From assembly GCA_019637975.1 (NCBI GenBank), contig JAHBUR010000001.1, forward strand, positions 14,444 through 78,443: 64,000 nucleotides of DNA, given 5' to 3'. Made by a program: the position numbers and the translations under genes. Numbering within the stretch: the stretch's first letter is position 1; each line of letters begins with the position of its first letter. The DNA comes from Bacteroidota bacterium. Its GTDB lineage: Bacteria > Bacteroidota > Ignavibacteria > UBA10030 > UBA6906. Below, piece after piece: positions 19,334-28,617 of the stretch. The notes beneath the pieces are model-generated. The model made no database searches, was not told the origin of the DNA, and saw only the letters and a program-made list of their open reading frames with translations.

Positions 19334-20677
19334 CTATACCTCTTTGAGAGACGAACGAATGATCGACATGCCGAGATCGAGTTCTTCCTTGCTTACCGTT
19401 AACGGCGGACGGAACCGGATGGAGCGTTCACCGCTCGGAAGAAGAATTAATCCCTTCTGCATGCAGAGGTTGCGAAGCTTTGTCCGTACCTCCGGTGTCG
19501 ATATATCGAACGCATCGAACAGGCCAAGCCCGCGCACATTCGAAACGACAGTTGGAAATTCATGGGCAAGGGCTTCGAGTTCCTTCACAAGGTAGTCACC
19601 CATTGTGCGGGCATTCTCGACGAGATGTTCTTCTTCAATGATTTCAAGATATCGCTGTGCCCGAACCATGTCGGTCAGATTGCCGCCCCACGTTGAATTG
19701 ATGCGGCTCGGCACTTTGAACACATTCTCCGCCACTTCGTCTATTCTCTTGCCGCAGAGAAACCCGCAGACTTGCATCTTCTTGCCGAAGGCGATCATAT
19801 CGGGCTCGATGAAATGCTGGTGTGCCCACATCTTCCCCGTGAGGCCGATGCCCGTCTGTACTTCGTCCATTATCAGCATAGCATCGTTCTCATCTGCCAG
19901 TTGACGGAGCATCTGGAAGAACTCCTTGCGGAAATGATTGTCGCCCCCCTCTCCCTGTACGGGCTCGATGATGATCGCAGCAATATCATCCTTGTTGGCT
20001 CTGAATGCTTCTTTGATCTGATTTATCGCAATCTCTTCCTCCCTGATGACGAGTGCAAGATTCTGCGCGTTCAGGGGGAAGGTGGTTTTCGGATTCAGAA
20101 TGCGGGGCCATTTGAATTTCGGGAACAAATCGGTTTTCACCGGGTCGGTATTCGTCAGCGAAAGTGTGTAGCCCGAGCGACCATGAAAACACTGCTTGAA
20201 GTGCATCACCTGAGTTCCCCGTTCCTCCTTGTACCCCTTGGCAAAGTTCTTCCTGATCTTCCAGTCAAATGCCGCTTTCAACGCATTTTCAATGCCGAGG
20301 GCGCCGCCTTCAATAAAGAAGGCATACGGCAAGTACGATGGAATGGCAACCCGCTCGAATGTTTCGAGAAACTCGGCTTGTTCGGTTGTGTAGATGTCCG
20401 AATTGGAGGGTTTGTTGACGGCGACGTACGCGAGTTTCTCCAGAAACTCCGGCGTGGTCATCTTCGGATGATTCAAGCCGACAGGTGATGATGCGACAAA
20501 TGTGAAGAAATCGAGATAGCGTTTGCCGTCCTTGGCATCAACGAGAAACGAGCCGCTGCTCCTCTTGAGGTCAACGACAATCTCGAAGCCGTCCACCAGC
20601 ATGTGTTTGGCCAGTGTCGGCAGGACTTGTTGTGCGGGAACACCCGCACGCGTTGCTTGTGATGTTTCTACAATCAT
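19334..20677 (-). CDS. lat: L-lysine 6-(epsilon)-aminotransferase (class III aminotransferase)
   Basis: 447 aa. The N-terminus LVDGFEIVVDLKRSSGSFLVDAKDGKRYLDFFTFVASSPVGLNHP matches the Lat family as I recall it from Mycobacterium and Flavobacterium. The length fits the class III aminotransferase family. AGGAGA lies 5 nt upstream of the ATG. Confidence 0.8.
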   Translation of the reverse strand: MIVETSQATRAGVPAQQVLPTLAKHMLVDGFEIVVDLKRSSGSFLVDAKDGKRYLDFFTFVASSPVGLNHPKMTTPEFLEKLAYVAVNKPSNSDIYTTEQAEFLETFERVAIPSYLPYAFFIEGGALGIENALKAAFDWKIRKNFAKGYKEERGTQVMHFKQCFHGRSGYTLSLTNTDPVKTDLFPKFKWPRILNPKTTFPLNAQNLALVIREEEIAINQIKEAFRANKDDIAAIIIEPVQGEGGDNHFRKEFFQMLRQLADENDAMLIMDEVQTGIGLTGKMWAHQHFIEPDMIAFGKKMQVCGFLCGKRIDEVAENVFKVPSRINSTWGGNLTDMVRAQRYLEIIEEEHLVENARTMGDYLVKELEALAHEFPTVVSNVRGLGLFDAFDISTPEVRTKLRNLCMQKGLILLPSGERSIRFRPPLTVSKEELDLGMSIIRSSLKEV

Positions 20678-20827
20678 GATAATTCTCCTGGTTCAAAAAT
20701 GATGTTCCGGTTAAAGAATGCAAACGAAAATGGACGCGAACCATCATTCGGATTCAGAAGAACTCGTTGTGTTCGAAGAGGCAAATCAATATGGCTTCGT
20801 GGTACCGCATGTTTCCAACGTAACCGT

Positions 20828-22315
20828 TTAGTAGTTATCAATCTGTGCGCGCTGCAACCCGCCGCTGTAGTCAATGTACACGGTCTTCCATTCCGAGAAG
20901 AAATCGTACACTGTCCACCCCCCCTCCCGATGGCCGTTTCCGGTCTGTTTTACGCCACCAAACGGCATATGCGCTTCAGCACCGATTGTCGGGGCATTGA
21001 TGTAGGTAATACCGGCTTTGATATCGCGAATGGCGCGAAATGCTCCGTTGACATCCCTCGTATAGACGGATGAGGAAAGTCCGTAGATCGTATCGTTCAA
21101 AATCTGAATTCCCTCATCCAACGATTTCGTTTTGATGACGGAAAGAACCGGCCCGAAGATTTCCTCTTTTGCAATGCGATGGTCGGGCTTCACCCCGGAG
21201 AAGACGGTGGGTTTATAGAACCAGCCTTTCTTGAGATTCGGATCCGGGGGAATCTCTCCTCCTGCTGCAAGAGTTGCTCCTTGCTGTAATCCGATTTCGA
21301 CGTAGGATTGCGTGGTCTTCTGCTGCCCTTCGTTCACACAGGGCCCGACATCAACGCCGGGCTGCAATCCATCACCCAATTTCAACTTCTCGACACGGCT
21401 CACAAGCATCTTCAGGAAATCATCATGGATTTTCTCGTGCAGAATCAAACGGCTGGTTGCTGTGCAGCGCTGGCCCGTTGTTCCGAATGCGCCCCACAAA
21501 ACTCCTTCGAGCGCAAGGTCCATGTCTGCATCCGGCATGACGATCTGGGCGTTCTTTCCTCCAAGTTCGAGAGAAACACGTTTGAGAGTTTGACTCGCCA
21601 CTTCCGAGATCTTGATCCCGACGCCGGTTGATCCGGTGAAACTGATCAAGTCCACTTCGGGATGGCTGACAATCGCCATACCTACTTCACCTCCGCCGCC
21701 ATGAACGATATTCACAACGCCTTCGGGCACACCCGCTTCAAGAAGAATTTCAACAAGCGATGTCGCCGTTGCAGGTGTATCCGACGCCGGCTTGAATACG
21801 ATCGTATTGCCGCATAACAGTGCAGGGAAAATCTTCCACGTCGGAATTGCCATCGGGAAATTCCACGGTGTAACGATACCTGCAACGCCGATTGGAACCC
21901 GAATGGCCATGTTGAACTTGTCGGGAAGTTCGGAGGGTACCGTGTGCCCGAACAGCCTGCGGCCTTCGGTGGCAGCATAATACGCGGTATCGATTCCCTC
22001 CTGTACATCGCCGCGGGTTTCGGCAAGAACCTTTCCCATTTCCCGCGTCATTTGACGGGCGAGATCCTCCTTGCGGGCAACCATGATATCGCCGACTTTG
22101 CGAAGAATATCGCCACGTTTCGGAGCAGGCGTTAATCTCCATGAATCGAATGCTTTGCGTGCAGCTTGTACCGCCTCTTCGACATCCTCCTTGCCCGACT
22201 TGGGGAACGTGCCGACGATTTCGTCCCAGTTGGCCGGATTCCGGTTTTCGAAAGTCTTGCCCGATTTCGCGTCAACCCATTTACCGTTGATAAAGTTCTG
22301 AAATTTTTTCGCCAT
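20828..22315 (-). CDS. NAD(P)-dependent aldehyde dehydrogenase; context suggests alpha-aminoadipate-semialdehyde / piperideine-6-carboxylate dehydrogenase
   Basis: ALDH superfamily motifs: [21 protein letters not shown] (general-base Glu), GQRCTATSR (catalytic Cys), EEIFGPV. It lies immediately upstream of lat on the same strand. The substrate assignment is inference from that context. Confidence 0.85.
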   Translation of the reverse strand: MAKKFQNFINGKWVDAKSGKTFENRNPANWDEIVGTFPKSGKEDVEEAVQAARKAFDSWRLTPAPKRGDILRKVGDIMVARKEDLARQMTREMGKVLAETRGDVQEGIDTAYYAATEGRRLFGHTVPSELPDKFNMAIRVPIGVAGIVTPWNFPMAIPTWKIFPALLCGNTIVFKPASDTPATATSLVEILLEAGVPEGVVNIVHGGGGEVGMAIVSHPEVDLISFTGSTGVGIKISEVASQTLKRVSLELGGKNAQIVMPDADMDLALEGVLWGAFGTTGQRCTATSRLILHEKIHDDFLKMLVSRVEKLKLGDGLQPGVDVGPCVNEGQQKTTQSYVEIGLQQGATLAAGGEIPPDPNLKKGWFYKPTVFSGVKPDHRIAKEEIFGPVLSVIKTKSLDEGIQILNDTIYGLSSSVYTRDVNGAFRAIRDIKAGITYINAPTIGAEAHMPFGGVKQTGNGHREGGWTVYDFFSEWKTVYIDYSGGLQRAQIDNY

Positions 22316-22333
22316 GCTTTTCGCCCTTTGTGA

Positions 22334-23629
22334 TTATTCGAGTCCTACTCGATTAAATATGTAGTCAACGTGCTTCATGCTTTTCTGCAAATCAAAGAGC
22401 TCTTCGATGTGTTCCTTGCCGAGCACACGAACAATCTCCTGATTTGCAAGCAGAAGTTCTTTGAAGTTCTTTCCTCCCTGCCACACTTCCATCGCGGCGG
22501 TTTGCACCGCCCGATACGCATCTTCTCTCTTCATTTCTTTCTTTGTCAAAGACAGCAGAACGGATTGAGAGAAGATAAGCCCTTGGGTGCGCTCAAGGTT
22601 TTTCAGCATGTTCTCGGGATAGACAAGAAGTTTGTCGAGAACGTCCGTCATAAGCGCAAGCATGTAGTCGAGCAGAATGCAACTGTCCGGAATAACGACA
22701 CGCTCAACAGAAGAATGCGTGATGTCGCGTTCATGCCACAAGGCGACATTCTCGATCGCCGCCATTGCATTGCCCCGAAGCACACGTGACAATCCCGCAA
22801 TCCGCTCGCATGTGATCGGATTCCGTTTGTGCGGCATAGCCGAGGAGCCTTTCTGCCCTTGTGAGAAATACTCTTCGGCTTCAAGGACTTCGGTTTTTTG
22901 AAGGTGTCGGATTTCCGTAGCGAACTTCTCCAGCGAACTTCCGATAACCGCGAGCACGGACATGAATTCCGCGTGCCTGTCCCTCTGAAGTATTTGGGTC
23001 GAAACCGGAGCGGGTTTCAGCCCGAGTTTGGCACAAACGTACTCTTCCACTTTCGGGCTGAGATGCTCGAACGTTCCGACAGCGCCGGAAATCTGCCCGA
23101 CAGAAATCCGTTCGATCGCCGATTCAAGGCGGGCGATATTTCGTTTCGCTTCATCATACCAGAGCGCCAGCTTCAGGCCGAACGTTGTCGGCTCCGCGTG
23201 TATGCCGTGCGTTCGTCCCACCATGACGGTGTTCTTGAACTCTTTTGCCCGCCTTGCCAACACTTCCTTGAGTTTGAGAAGATCAGCCATCAGGATCTCT
23301 CCCGATTGCTTCATTTGCACGGCGAGACACGTATCCAACACATCGGACGAGGTCATGCCGAGGTGCATAAACCTCGCTTCCGGCCCGACATGCTCTGCGA
23401 CGTTGGTGAGGAAGGCAATCACATCATGCTTCACTTCCCTCTCAATCTCATCAATGCGGGCAACATTAAAAGCCGACCGGTCGCGCATAACCCGCACAGC
23501 CTCCGCCGGAATGACGCCAAGCTCAGCCTGCGCTTCACAGGCAAGCAACTCTATCTCGAGCCAAATGCTGAATTTGTTGTGGTCGTCCCATATGTTGCCC
23601 ATTTCGGGCCGTGTGTATCGAGCAATCAT
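22334..23629 (-). CDS. purB: adenylosuccinate lyase
   Basis: 431 aa. N-terminus: MIARYTRPEMGNIWDDHNKFSIWLEIELL. Fumarate-lyase signature: GSSAMPHKRNP. Confidence 0.95.
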   Translation of the reverse strand: MIARYTRPEMGNIWDDHNKFSIWLEIELLACEAQAELGVIPAEAVRVMRDRSAFNVARIDEIEREVKHDVIAFLTNVAEHVGPEARFMHLGMTSSDVLDTCLAVQMKQSGEILMADLLKLKEVLARRAKEFKNTVMVGRTHGIHAEPTTFGLKLALWYDEAKRNIARLESAIERISVGQISGAVGTFEHLSPKVEEYVCAKLGLKPAPVSTQILQRDRHAEFMSVLAVIGSSLEKFATEIRHLQKTEVLEAEEYFSQGQKGSSAMPHKRNPITCERIAGLSRVLRGNAMAAIENVALWHERDITHSSVERVVIPDSCILLDYMLALMTDVLDKLLVYPENMLKNLERTQGLIFSQSVLLSLTKKEMKREDAYRAVQTAAMEVWQGGKNFKELLLANQEIVRVLGKEHIEELFDLQKSMKHVDYIFNRVGLE

Positions 23630-23749
23630 TCTTGCAAAAAAGGATGAGAACAGGGAGAGTACATTGATGCAGCACTCAGAAAATACCGCACATCAATGTA
23701 TGAAAATCCGGGCTGAAAAGGAAAGAACGGCCAGAATCGGCATGAAACG

Positions 23750-24340
23750 CTACAATCCCAACGCCAAACCGGCATGCAGTCCGAAGAATTTGTATGGAGA
23801 ATCAGGTGTGTAAATAAGATTGTACGAACCGGTGAGCAGCAAACCAACGGGCCCGGCTACATGAATCCCGACGCCAACTTGCGGCGAAAACGTGAACTTG
23901 AGTTCACTGCTGTCGTTGTAGATTGCGGAGTTGTTTGCAATCCCCCTGATGCGGAGATAACTCATTCCGAGCGACAGGCCAAGGTACGGTGAGACAACGC
24001 CGCGTGAGAGTAACAGGTGGGCTCCCATCGTAATTGGAATAGAGACAATCTTGAATTCGTTGCCGGGAGGGAAATCAACACGCGGGCCCCACTTCACGTA
24101 TCCTGCCGAACCCGTGAGGGCAAAACTGCCTCCGATGAAATGAAAGTATGTTGCCTTCATCCCGAACCCCGTTCCGGCCGCAATCCTGAACGACTCTGTT
24201 GGCTCGGCAACTTCGGCTTGAAGCGAAAAGAATGTCTGCGAATTTGATGATTGATTTCCAACAAACACCAACACAACAAGTGCCATCCACCTCATGACCC
24301 TGCCTCCATTGCTCTTGTCTTTCTTCTCTGATTCAGTCAT
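23750..24340 (-). CDS. small outer-membrane beta-barrel protein (OmpA-like/porin-family fold), hypothetical
   Basis: Signal-like MRWMALVVLVFVG. Alternating hydrophobic beta-strand pattern with aromatic girdles: GMKATYFHF, GSAGYVKW, GLSLGMSYL, GVGIHVAG, LLTGSYNLIY. The start may be the internal ATG at 24295. Confidence 0.6.
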   Translation of the reverse strand: MTESEKKDKSNGGRVMRWMALVVLVFVGNQSSNSQTFFSLQAEVAEPTESFRIAAGTGFGMKATYFHFIGGSFALTGSAGYVKWGPRVDFPPGNEFKIVSIPITMGAHLLLSRGVVSPYLGLSLGMSYLRIRGIANNSAIYNDSSELKFTFSPQVGVGIHVAGPVGLLLTGSYNLIYTPDSPYKFFGLHAGLALGL

Positions 24341-24345
24341 GTATG

Positions 24346-25542
24346 CTATGTAGAACGTTTTTCTATTCTGACAGGCAGTTCAATGATTCTCCTATCCCTC
24401 AGGATTTTGAACTTCAGCGAATCGCCCGCGCGAGAGTCTTCGAGAATGGCGATGTACGCAGATTGATCTCTGACCTTCTCTCCGTTGATCTCGAAGATGA
24501 TATCGCCGGGTTTGAACCCTGCCTTCTCTCCGGGACTTCGTCGTTGAACGTTACTGACAATCACTCCCTCCACCCTATCGAGCCCGAAATACCGGGCGAC
24601 GCGCTCATCAACATTCTGAACTTCCAGTCCTGTGTAGTTTTCCCGTTCGACTTTTCCTGTTCGTTTCAGTTCAGCAACCACACTCTTGACGCGATTGATT
24701 GGAATAGCAAAACCCAAGCCGATGTTCCCCTGGTTCGGTGTGTAAATGACTGAATTCACGCCAATGACCTCTCCCTGACTGTTCACGAGCGGCCCGCCGC
24801 TATTTCCCGAATTGATTGCTGCATCGGTTTGAATCATGCCGCGGTAGGTTCTTCCCTGCTGGGCTCTGAGATTCATATTCTTCGCGCTGATAACGCCGAC
24901 AGTGACAGTAGGCTGGTTGTTCACATCAAACAATCCGAACGGATTGCCGAATGCAATCGACCACTCGCCGATGATCACGTTGTCGGAGTTTCCCAACTTC
25001 AAGTGGGGGAGGTTCTTTCCGTCAATCTTCAACAATGCGATATCCGTCATCTGATCGGTCCCGATCAGCTCTGCTTTGTACTTGTCGCCGTTTGTCATCG
25101 TTACGGTTATTTCCTTTGCGTTGCCGGCAACGTGATCGTTGGTGATAACATAGCCGTCGGGCGAGATAATGAAGCCGGAACCAAGTTCCTGTACTTGCTG
25201 GGTGTATAACTGATCGGGAAAGAACTGACGGAAAAACGGATCATCGCCCCACGGGCTGCGATATCTATATTGGCGTACTTCGATGACGTTGATTCCGACG
25301 ACTGCCGCGCTGCACTCAGCAACCGTACGCGTAATAGCGTTTTGGCGTGACGTGCTGACATCGTCCGGGCGGGTTTCGGAACTGTGAGATGCAGGGCGAG
25401 CCTCCTCAAACGGAGCATCGGCATACGTATCTGAAGCGGAAGAACTCTCTGCGGCTTCCGGCGCATTGCCTACGTAGTAACCGATCAATCCCCCGACAAT
25501 CAAAAACAGTGATACGATTCCTGCCATAGCTTTCATACTCAT
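24346..25542 (-). CDS. HtrA/DegP-family S1C serine protease with one PDZ domain
   Basis: N-terminal TM anchor. Triad contexts: ITNDHV (His), DIALLKI (Asp), GNSGGPLVN (Ser). C-terminal PDZ: GVIVSNVQRRSPGEKAGFKPGDIIFEING. GGAAGGA SD upstream of the ATG. Confidence 0.9.
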   Translation of the reverse strand: MSMKAMAGIVSLFLIVGGLIGYYVGNAPEAAESSSASDTYADAPFEEARPASHSSETRPDDVSTSRQNAITRTVAECSAAVVGINVIEVRQYRYRSPWGDDPFFRQFFPDQLYTQQVQELGSGFIISPDGYVITNDHVAGNAKEITVTMTNGDKYKAELIGTDQMTDIALLKIDGKNLPHLKLGNSDNVIIGEWSIAFGNPFGLFDVNNQPTVTVGVISAKNMNLRAQQGRTYRGMIQTDAAINSGNSGGPLVNSQGEVIGVNSVIYTPNQGNIGLGFAIPINRVKSVVAELKRTGKVERENYTGLEVQNVDERVARYFGLDRVEGVIVSNVQRRSPGEKAGFKPGDIIFEINGEKVRDQSAYIAILEDSRAGDSLKFKILRDRRIIELPVRIEKRST

Positions 25543-25600
25543 TTAGAGTGGATCCTTCCATTACAAACTTCTACCCGGTTCGCAGCACGTATCTTTCGAT

Positions 25601-26260
25601 TCAAGATTTCACTCCTGCTATGTACTGCTTCACGGGCTGAATTAATCGCAACAAGATGACAAACGCGAGAGCCGCAACAAACCACTTGAATTCAGCGGAC
25701 GTCGCGTTCATCGGGATACCGCGGGCCAATGTCTCGGCCGGAAGAAAAAAAGCGGTAACCACCATGAGAATTGTCGCCGCCGCATTGCCGACGTTGACAT
25801 CACGGGAAACCTTTTTACCAACCAACCATGCCCCCATCCACACCAGAACGCAAATCCAGCTTACCATGAACATAACGCCTGCCGCAGTTGCCAATCCCCG
25901 CCCGCCTTTGAAGCCGAGCCACACGGGAAAGTTGTGCCCGACTACTGCGGCAACACCGCCAACTGCCAGTGTCGGAAATTCGGCGTTAACAACCTCACTG
26001 ACAATGAACACACTCAGTACTCCCTTCACAAGATCGAGTAGCAGAACCCCGACGCCAACAATTTTTGAGTTCGTCACTTCATAGCTGTTCAGTGTTCCGA
26101 CATTGCCGCTGCCGTGATGACGGATGTCGAGATTGGATTTCCATTTCACAAGCACATACGCCGCCGGGAAAGATCCCATCAGATAACCGATTACTACGGC
26201 AACAAAGAGAGGAAGCACGAAACGCCGACGCTGTTTGTTTAATCGTTGCAAAAAAATCAT
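25601..26260 (-). CDS. plsY: glycerol-3-phosphate acyltransferase PlsY
   Basis: YLMGSFP, GSGNVGTLN and HNFPVWLGFKGGRGLATAAG motifs; multi-TM. The start is uncertain. The ORF is open to 26347, but I chose M30 (26260) because the longer form overlaps the divergent larB start. Confidence 0.8.
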   Translation of the reverse strand: MIFLQRLNKQRRRFVLPLFVAVVIGYLMGSFPAAYVLVKWKSNLDIRHHGSGNVGTLNSYEVTNSKIVGVGVLLLDLVKGVLSVFIVSEVVNAEFPTLAVGGVAAVVGHNFPVWLGFKGGRGLATAAGVMFMVSWICVLVWMGAWLVGKKVSRDVNVGNAAATILMVVTAFFLPAETLARGIPMNATSAEFKWFVAALAFVILLRLIQPVKQYIAGVKS

Positions 26261-26321
26261 AACAAAATTCCCAAGTATAATCAACGGTTCCTTGATTCCC
26301 TTGAATGAAACGGCTATATTG

Positions 26322-27125
26322 ATGGGCAATTTTTGGATTATCCCCACGACTCATTCTCCCCTACGACTCGTGATCAAACCGGAAGTCAAAAAGATTCTTC
26401 TTCAGTTCAAGCAGGGCAAGCGATCAGAGGAAGAAGTGGTAAAGGCAATTTCATCCGGCATGGTTGAGACACTGGGTTTTGCAACGGTCGACCATCACCG
26501 GGAAATGCGACAAGGTTTCCCGGAAGTGATTTTTTGCGAGGGCAAATCCGAACAACAGGTTGCACAGATCGCAAAGAAAATCGTGAATCGCGGAGGCGTT
26601 CTTTTCGCTACGAGGGCGAATCCGAAACAGTTTTCCGCAGTAAGGAAAGTCGTTCGACGTGCCAGGTACAATGCAGTTGCACGAACAATCAGTTTCACCA
26701 ATCGCGTCGAGAATACAACAGGACGAGGCACTATTCTCATTGTGACGGCCGGGACATCGGATTTGCCGGTTGCCGAAGAGGCATTTGAGACCGCTACAAT
26801 CATGGGAAACGATGTTGACCGTCTCACAGATGTCGGTGTTGCCGGCATTCACCGGCTGCTGATGCAAAGCAAAAAGCTCCATTCTGCATCTGTCATTATC
26901 GTTGTGGCAGGAATGGACGGGGCGTTGCCGAGTGTTGTGGGCGGATTGGTTGACGTACCGGTTATCGCTGTGCCGACCTCCGTTGGTTACGGAGCCAACT
27001 TCGGCGGCGTTGCGCCACTTTTAGCAATGCTAAACTCGTGCGCAGCAGGCGTGATGGTCGCAAATATCGATAACGGATTCGGAGCCGGAGTCGCGGCAAG
27101 CCGGATAAACAGGCAGAGGGGCTGA
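26322..27125 (+). CDS. larB: nickel-pincer cofactor biosynthesis protein LarB (pyridinium-3,5-biscarboxylic acid mononucleotide synthase)
   Basis: PurE-like core: GTILIVTAGTSDLPVAEEA...VIIVVAGMDGALPSVVGGL...PVIAVPTSVGYG. LarB-type N-domain: GFATVDHHREMRQGFPEVIFCEGK. The start is uncertain (ATG 26322 or GTG 26370). Confidence 0.75.
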   Translation: MGNFWIIPTTHSPLRLVIKPEVKKILLQFKQGKRSEEEVVKAISSGMVETLGFATVDHHREMRQGFPEVIFCEGKSEQQVAQIAKKIVNRGGVLFATRANPKQFSAVRKVVRRARYNAVARTISFTNRVENTTGRGTILIVTAGTSDLPVAEEAFETATIMGNDVDRLTDVGVAGIHRLLMQSKKLHSASVIIVVAGMDGALPSVVGGLVDVPVIAVPTSVGYGANFGGVAPLLAMLNSCAAGVMVANIDNGFGAGVAASRINRQRG

Positions 27126-27145
27126 CAGCAACACGAGTCGTCTCA

Positions 27146-27180
27146 AGCCCGTGATGCGCTGCGGGCTGTTATTGTTCTTT
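27146..27180 (+). terminator. candidate intrinsic terminator after larB
   Basis: agcccg (27146-27151) pairs with cgggct (27162-27167) around a 10-nt loop. A T-rich tail gttattgttcttt follows. Confidence 0.4.
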
Positions 27181-27205
27181 AACATATCCAACTCAAGGAA
27201 AGGCC

Positions 27206-28597
27206 ATGGCGAAGGACTTGTCGAAAGTCTGCTACTACGACACCATTCTTCAGACAATCGGGCGAACGCCGCTCGTCAGACTGAACAAGGTGACGGACGG
27301 GGCTAGTGGACTCATTCTGGCAAAAGTCGAAACATTCAATCCCGGCGGTTCAGTCAAAGATCGCATCGGGGTTTCCATTATCGAAGAAGCAGAACAGGAT
27401 GGAAGATTGAAGCCGGGTGGCACGATTGTCGAATCAACCTCTGGCAACACGGGAATGGGCCTTGCGCTGGTGGCAGCCGTCAAGGGATACAAGACTGTCT
27501 TTACGTTGCCGGATAAAATGAGTATGGAGAAGATCCGTCTCCTGCGTGCATTCGGAGCCGAGGTGATTGTCACGCCAACTGCGGTTCCGCATGAATCTCC
27601 TGAAAGCTACACCGAAGTCGCGAAGAAAGTCGTTCGAGAAACACCGAATTCAATCCTCGCCAATCAATACTACAATCCCCGAAACCCCGAGGCACATTAC
27701 AAAACCACCGGACCCGAAATCTGGGAACAGACAGGCGGGCAAATCGATTACTTCGTGTGCGGAGTCGGAACCGGCGGCACAATTACCGGAACGGGAAAAT
27801 ATCTGAAGGAAAAGAATCCCAACATCAAAGTCATTGGTATTGACCCGAAAGGCTCCGCGCTACGTGAGTATTACTACACGAAGAAGATCACACCTCTACT
27901 CAAAACATACAAAGTGGAAGGCATCGGGCAGGATTATGTACCGGGCACCCTCGACTTCACGTATATTGACGAGATGATTGAAGCCGACGATCGTGAATCA
28001 TTCCTGATGGCACGACGCCTCACGCGTGAAGAAGGCTTGATGGTTGGCGGCTCCGCCGGAACTGCCGTGGCAGGAATGATGAAAGTTGCCGCGCGCTTCA
28101 AAGAACATGACGTTGTGGTTGTGTTGTTGCCCGATTTAGGAGAGCGGTATCTCAGCAAGATTTTCAATGATGATTGGATGAGGGAATACGGGTTCCTGCG
28201 TCCTGAAAGAATTACGGCACGGTATATCATCGAGTCGAAAGGCAAAGAGGTTCAGGGATTATTTGAAATCGACCCGCTAACAACCGTTCGCAAGACACTG
28301 GAACTGATGAGGCAGAAGGATATCTCCCAGATTCCTGTTCTTGAACGCGGCAAATCCGTCGGCTCGGTTCACGATTCCGAACTGATGGCGAAAGTCATGG
28401 CAAAGCCGTCGCTTGTCGATTCCCCCGTAAGCACGGTTATGGAACCGCCCTTCCCCGTTGTGAACATCGACACGTCCATTGATGATGTGGTGAAGCTGAT
28501 GAAAGCCAAACACAACCCGGCGGTTCTCGTTGAAGATCAGGGAAAGATCACCGGCATCTTGTCGAGATACGATGTTATTGAATTCATGGGAAAGTGA
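27206..28597 (+). CDS. cystathionine beta-synthase (fold-type II PLP domain + tandem CBS domains)
   Basis: NPGGSVKDRIG (PLP-Lys), SGNTG and GVGTGGTITG motifs of the cysteine synthase/CBS fold. A roughly 125-aa C-terminal CBS-pair region follows. AAGGAAAGG SD is present. Confidence 0.85.
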   Translation: MAKDLSKVCYYDTILQTIGRTPLVRLNKVTDGASGLILAKVETFNPGGSVKDRIGVSIIEEAEQDGRLKPGGTIVESTSGNTGMGLALVAAVKGYKTVFTLPDKMSMEKIRLLRAFGAEVIVTPTAVPHESPESYTEVAKKVVRETPNSILANQYYNPRNPEAHYKTTGPEIWEQTGGQIDYFVCGVGTGGTITGTGKYLKEKNPNIKVIGIDPKGSALREYYYTKKITPLLKTYKVEGIGQDYVPGTLDFTYIDEMIEADDRESFLMARRLTREEGLMVGGSAGTAVAGMMKVAARFKEHDVVVVLLPDLGERYLSKIFNDDWMREYGFLRPERITARYIIESKGKEVQGLFEIDPLTTVRKTLELMRQKDISQIPVLERGKSVGSVHDSELMAKVMAKPSLVDSPVSTVMEPPFPVVNIDTSIDDVVKLMKAKHNPAVLVEDQGKITGILSRYDVIEFMGK

Positions 28598-28617
28598 TTA
28601 CCCACCAAAGGAACGGA

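Noticed and set aside
19772-20488. 238-aa plus-strand ORF antisense to lat
   Set aside because: This is a shadow ORF opposite a well-supported aminotransferase gene, with no motifs or SD. The same reasoning rejects 22898-23647 and 23028-23813 (antisense to purB), 35332-36138 (split NtrC), 40397-41116 (meaB), 43599-44381 (purD), 50329-51039 (NtrC), 53976-54692 (nif3 / Zn-ribbon) and 60497-61228 (ruvB).
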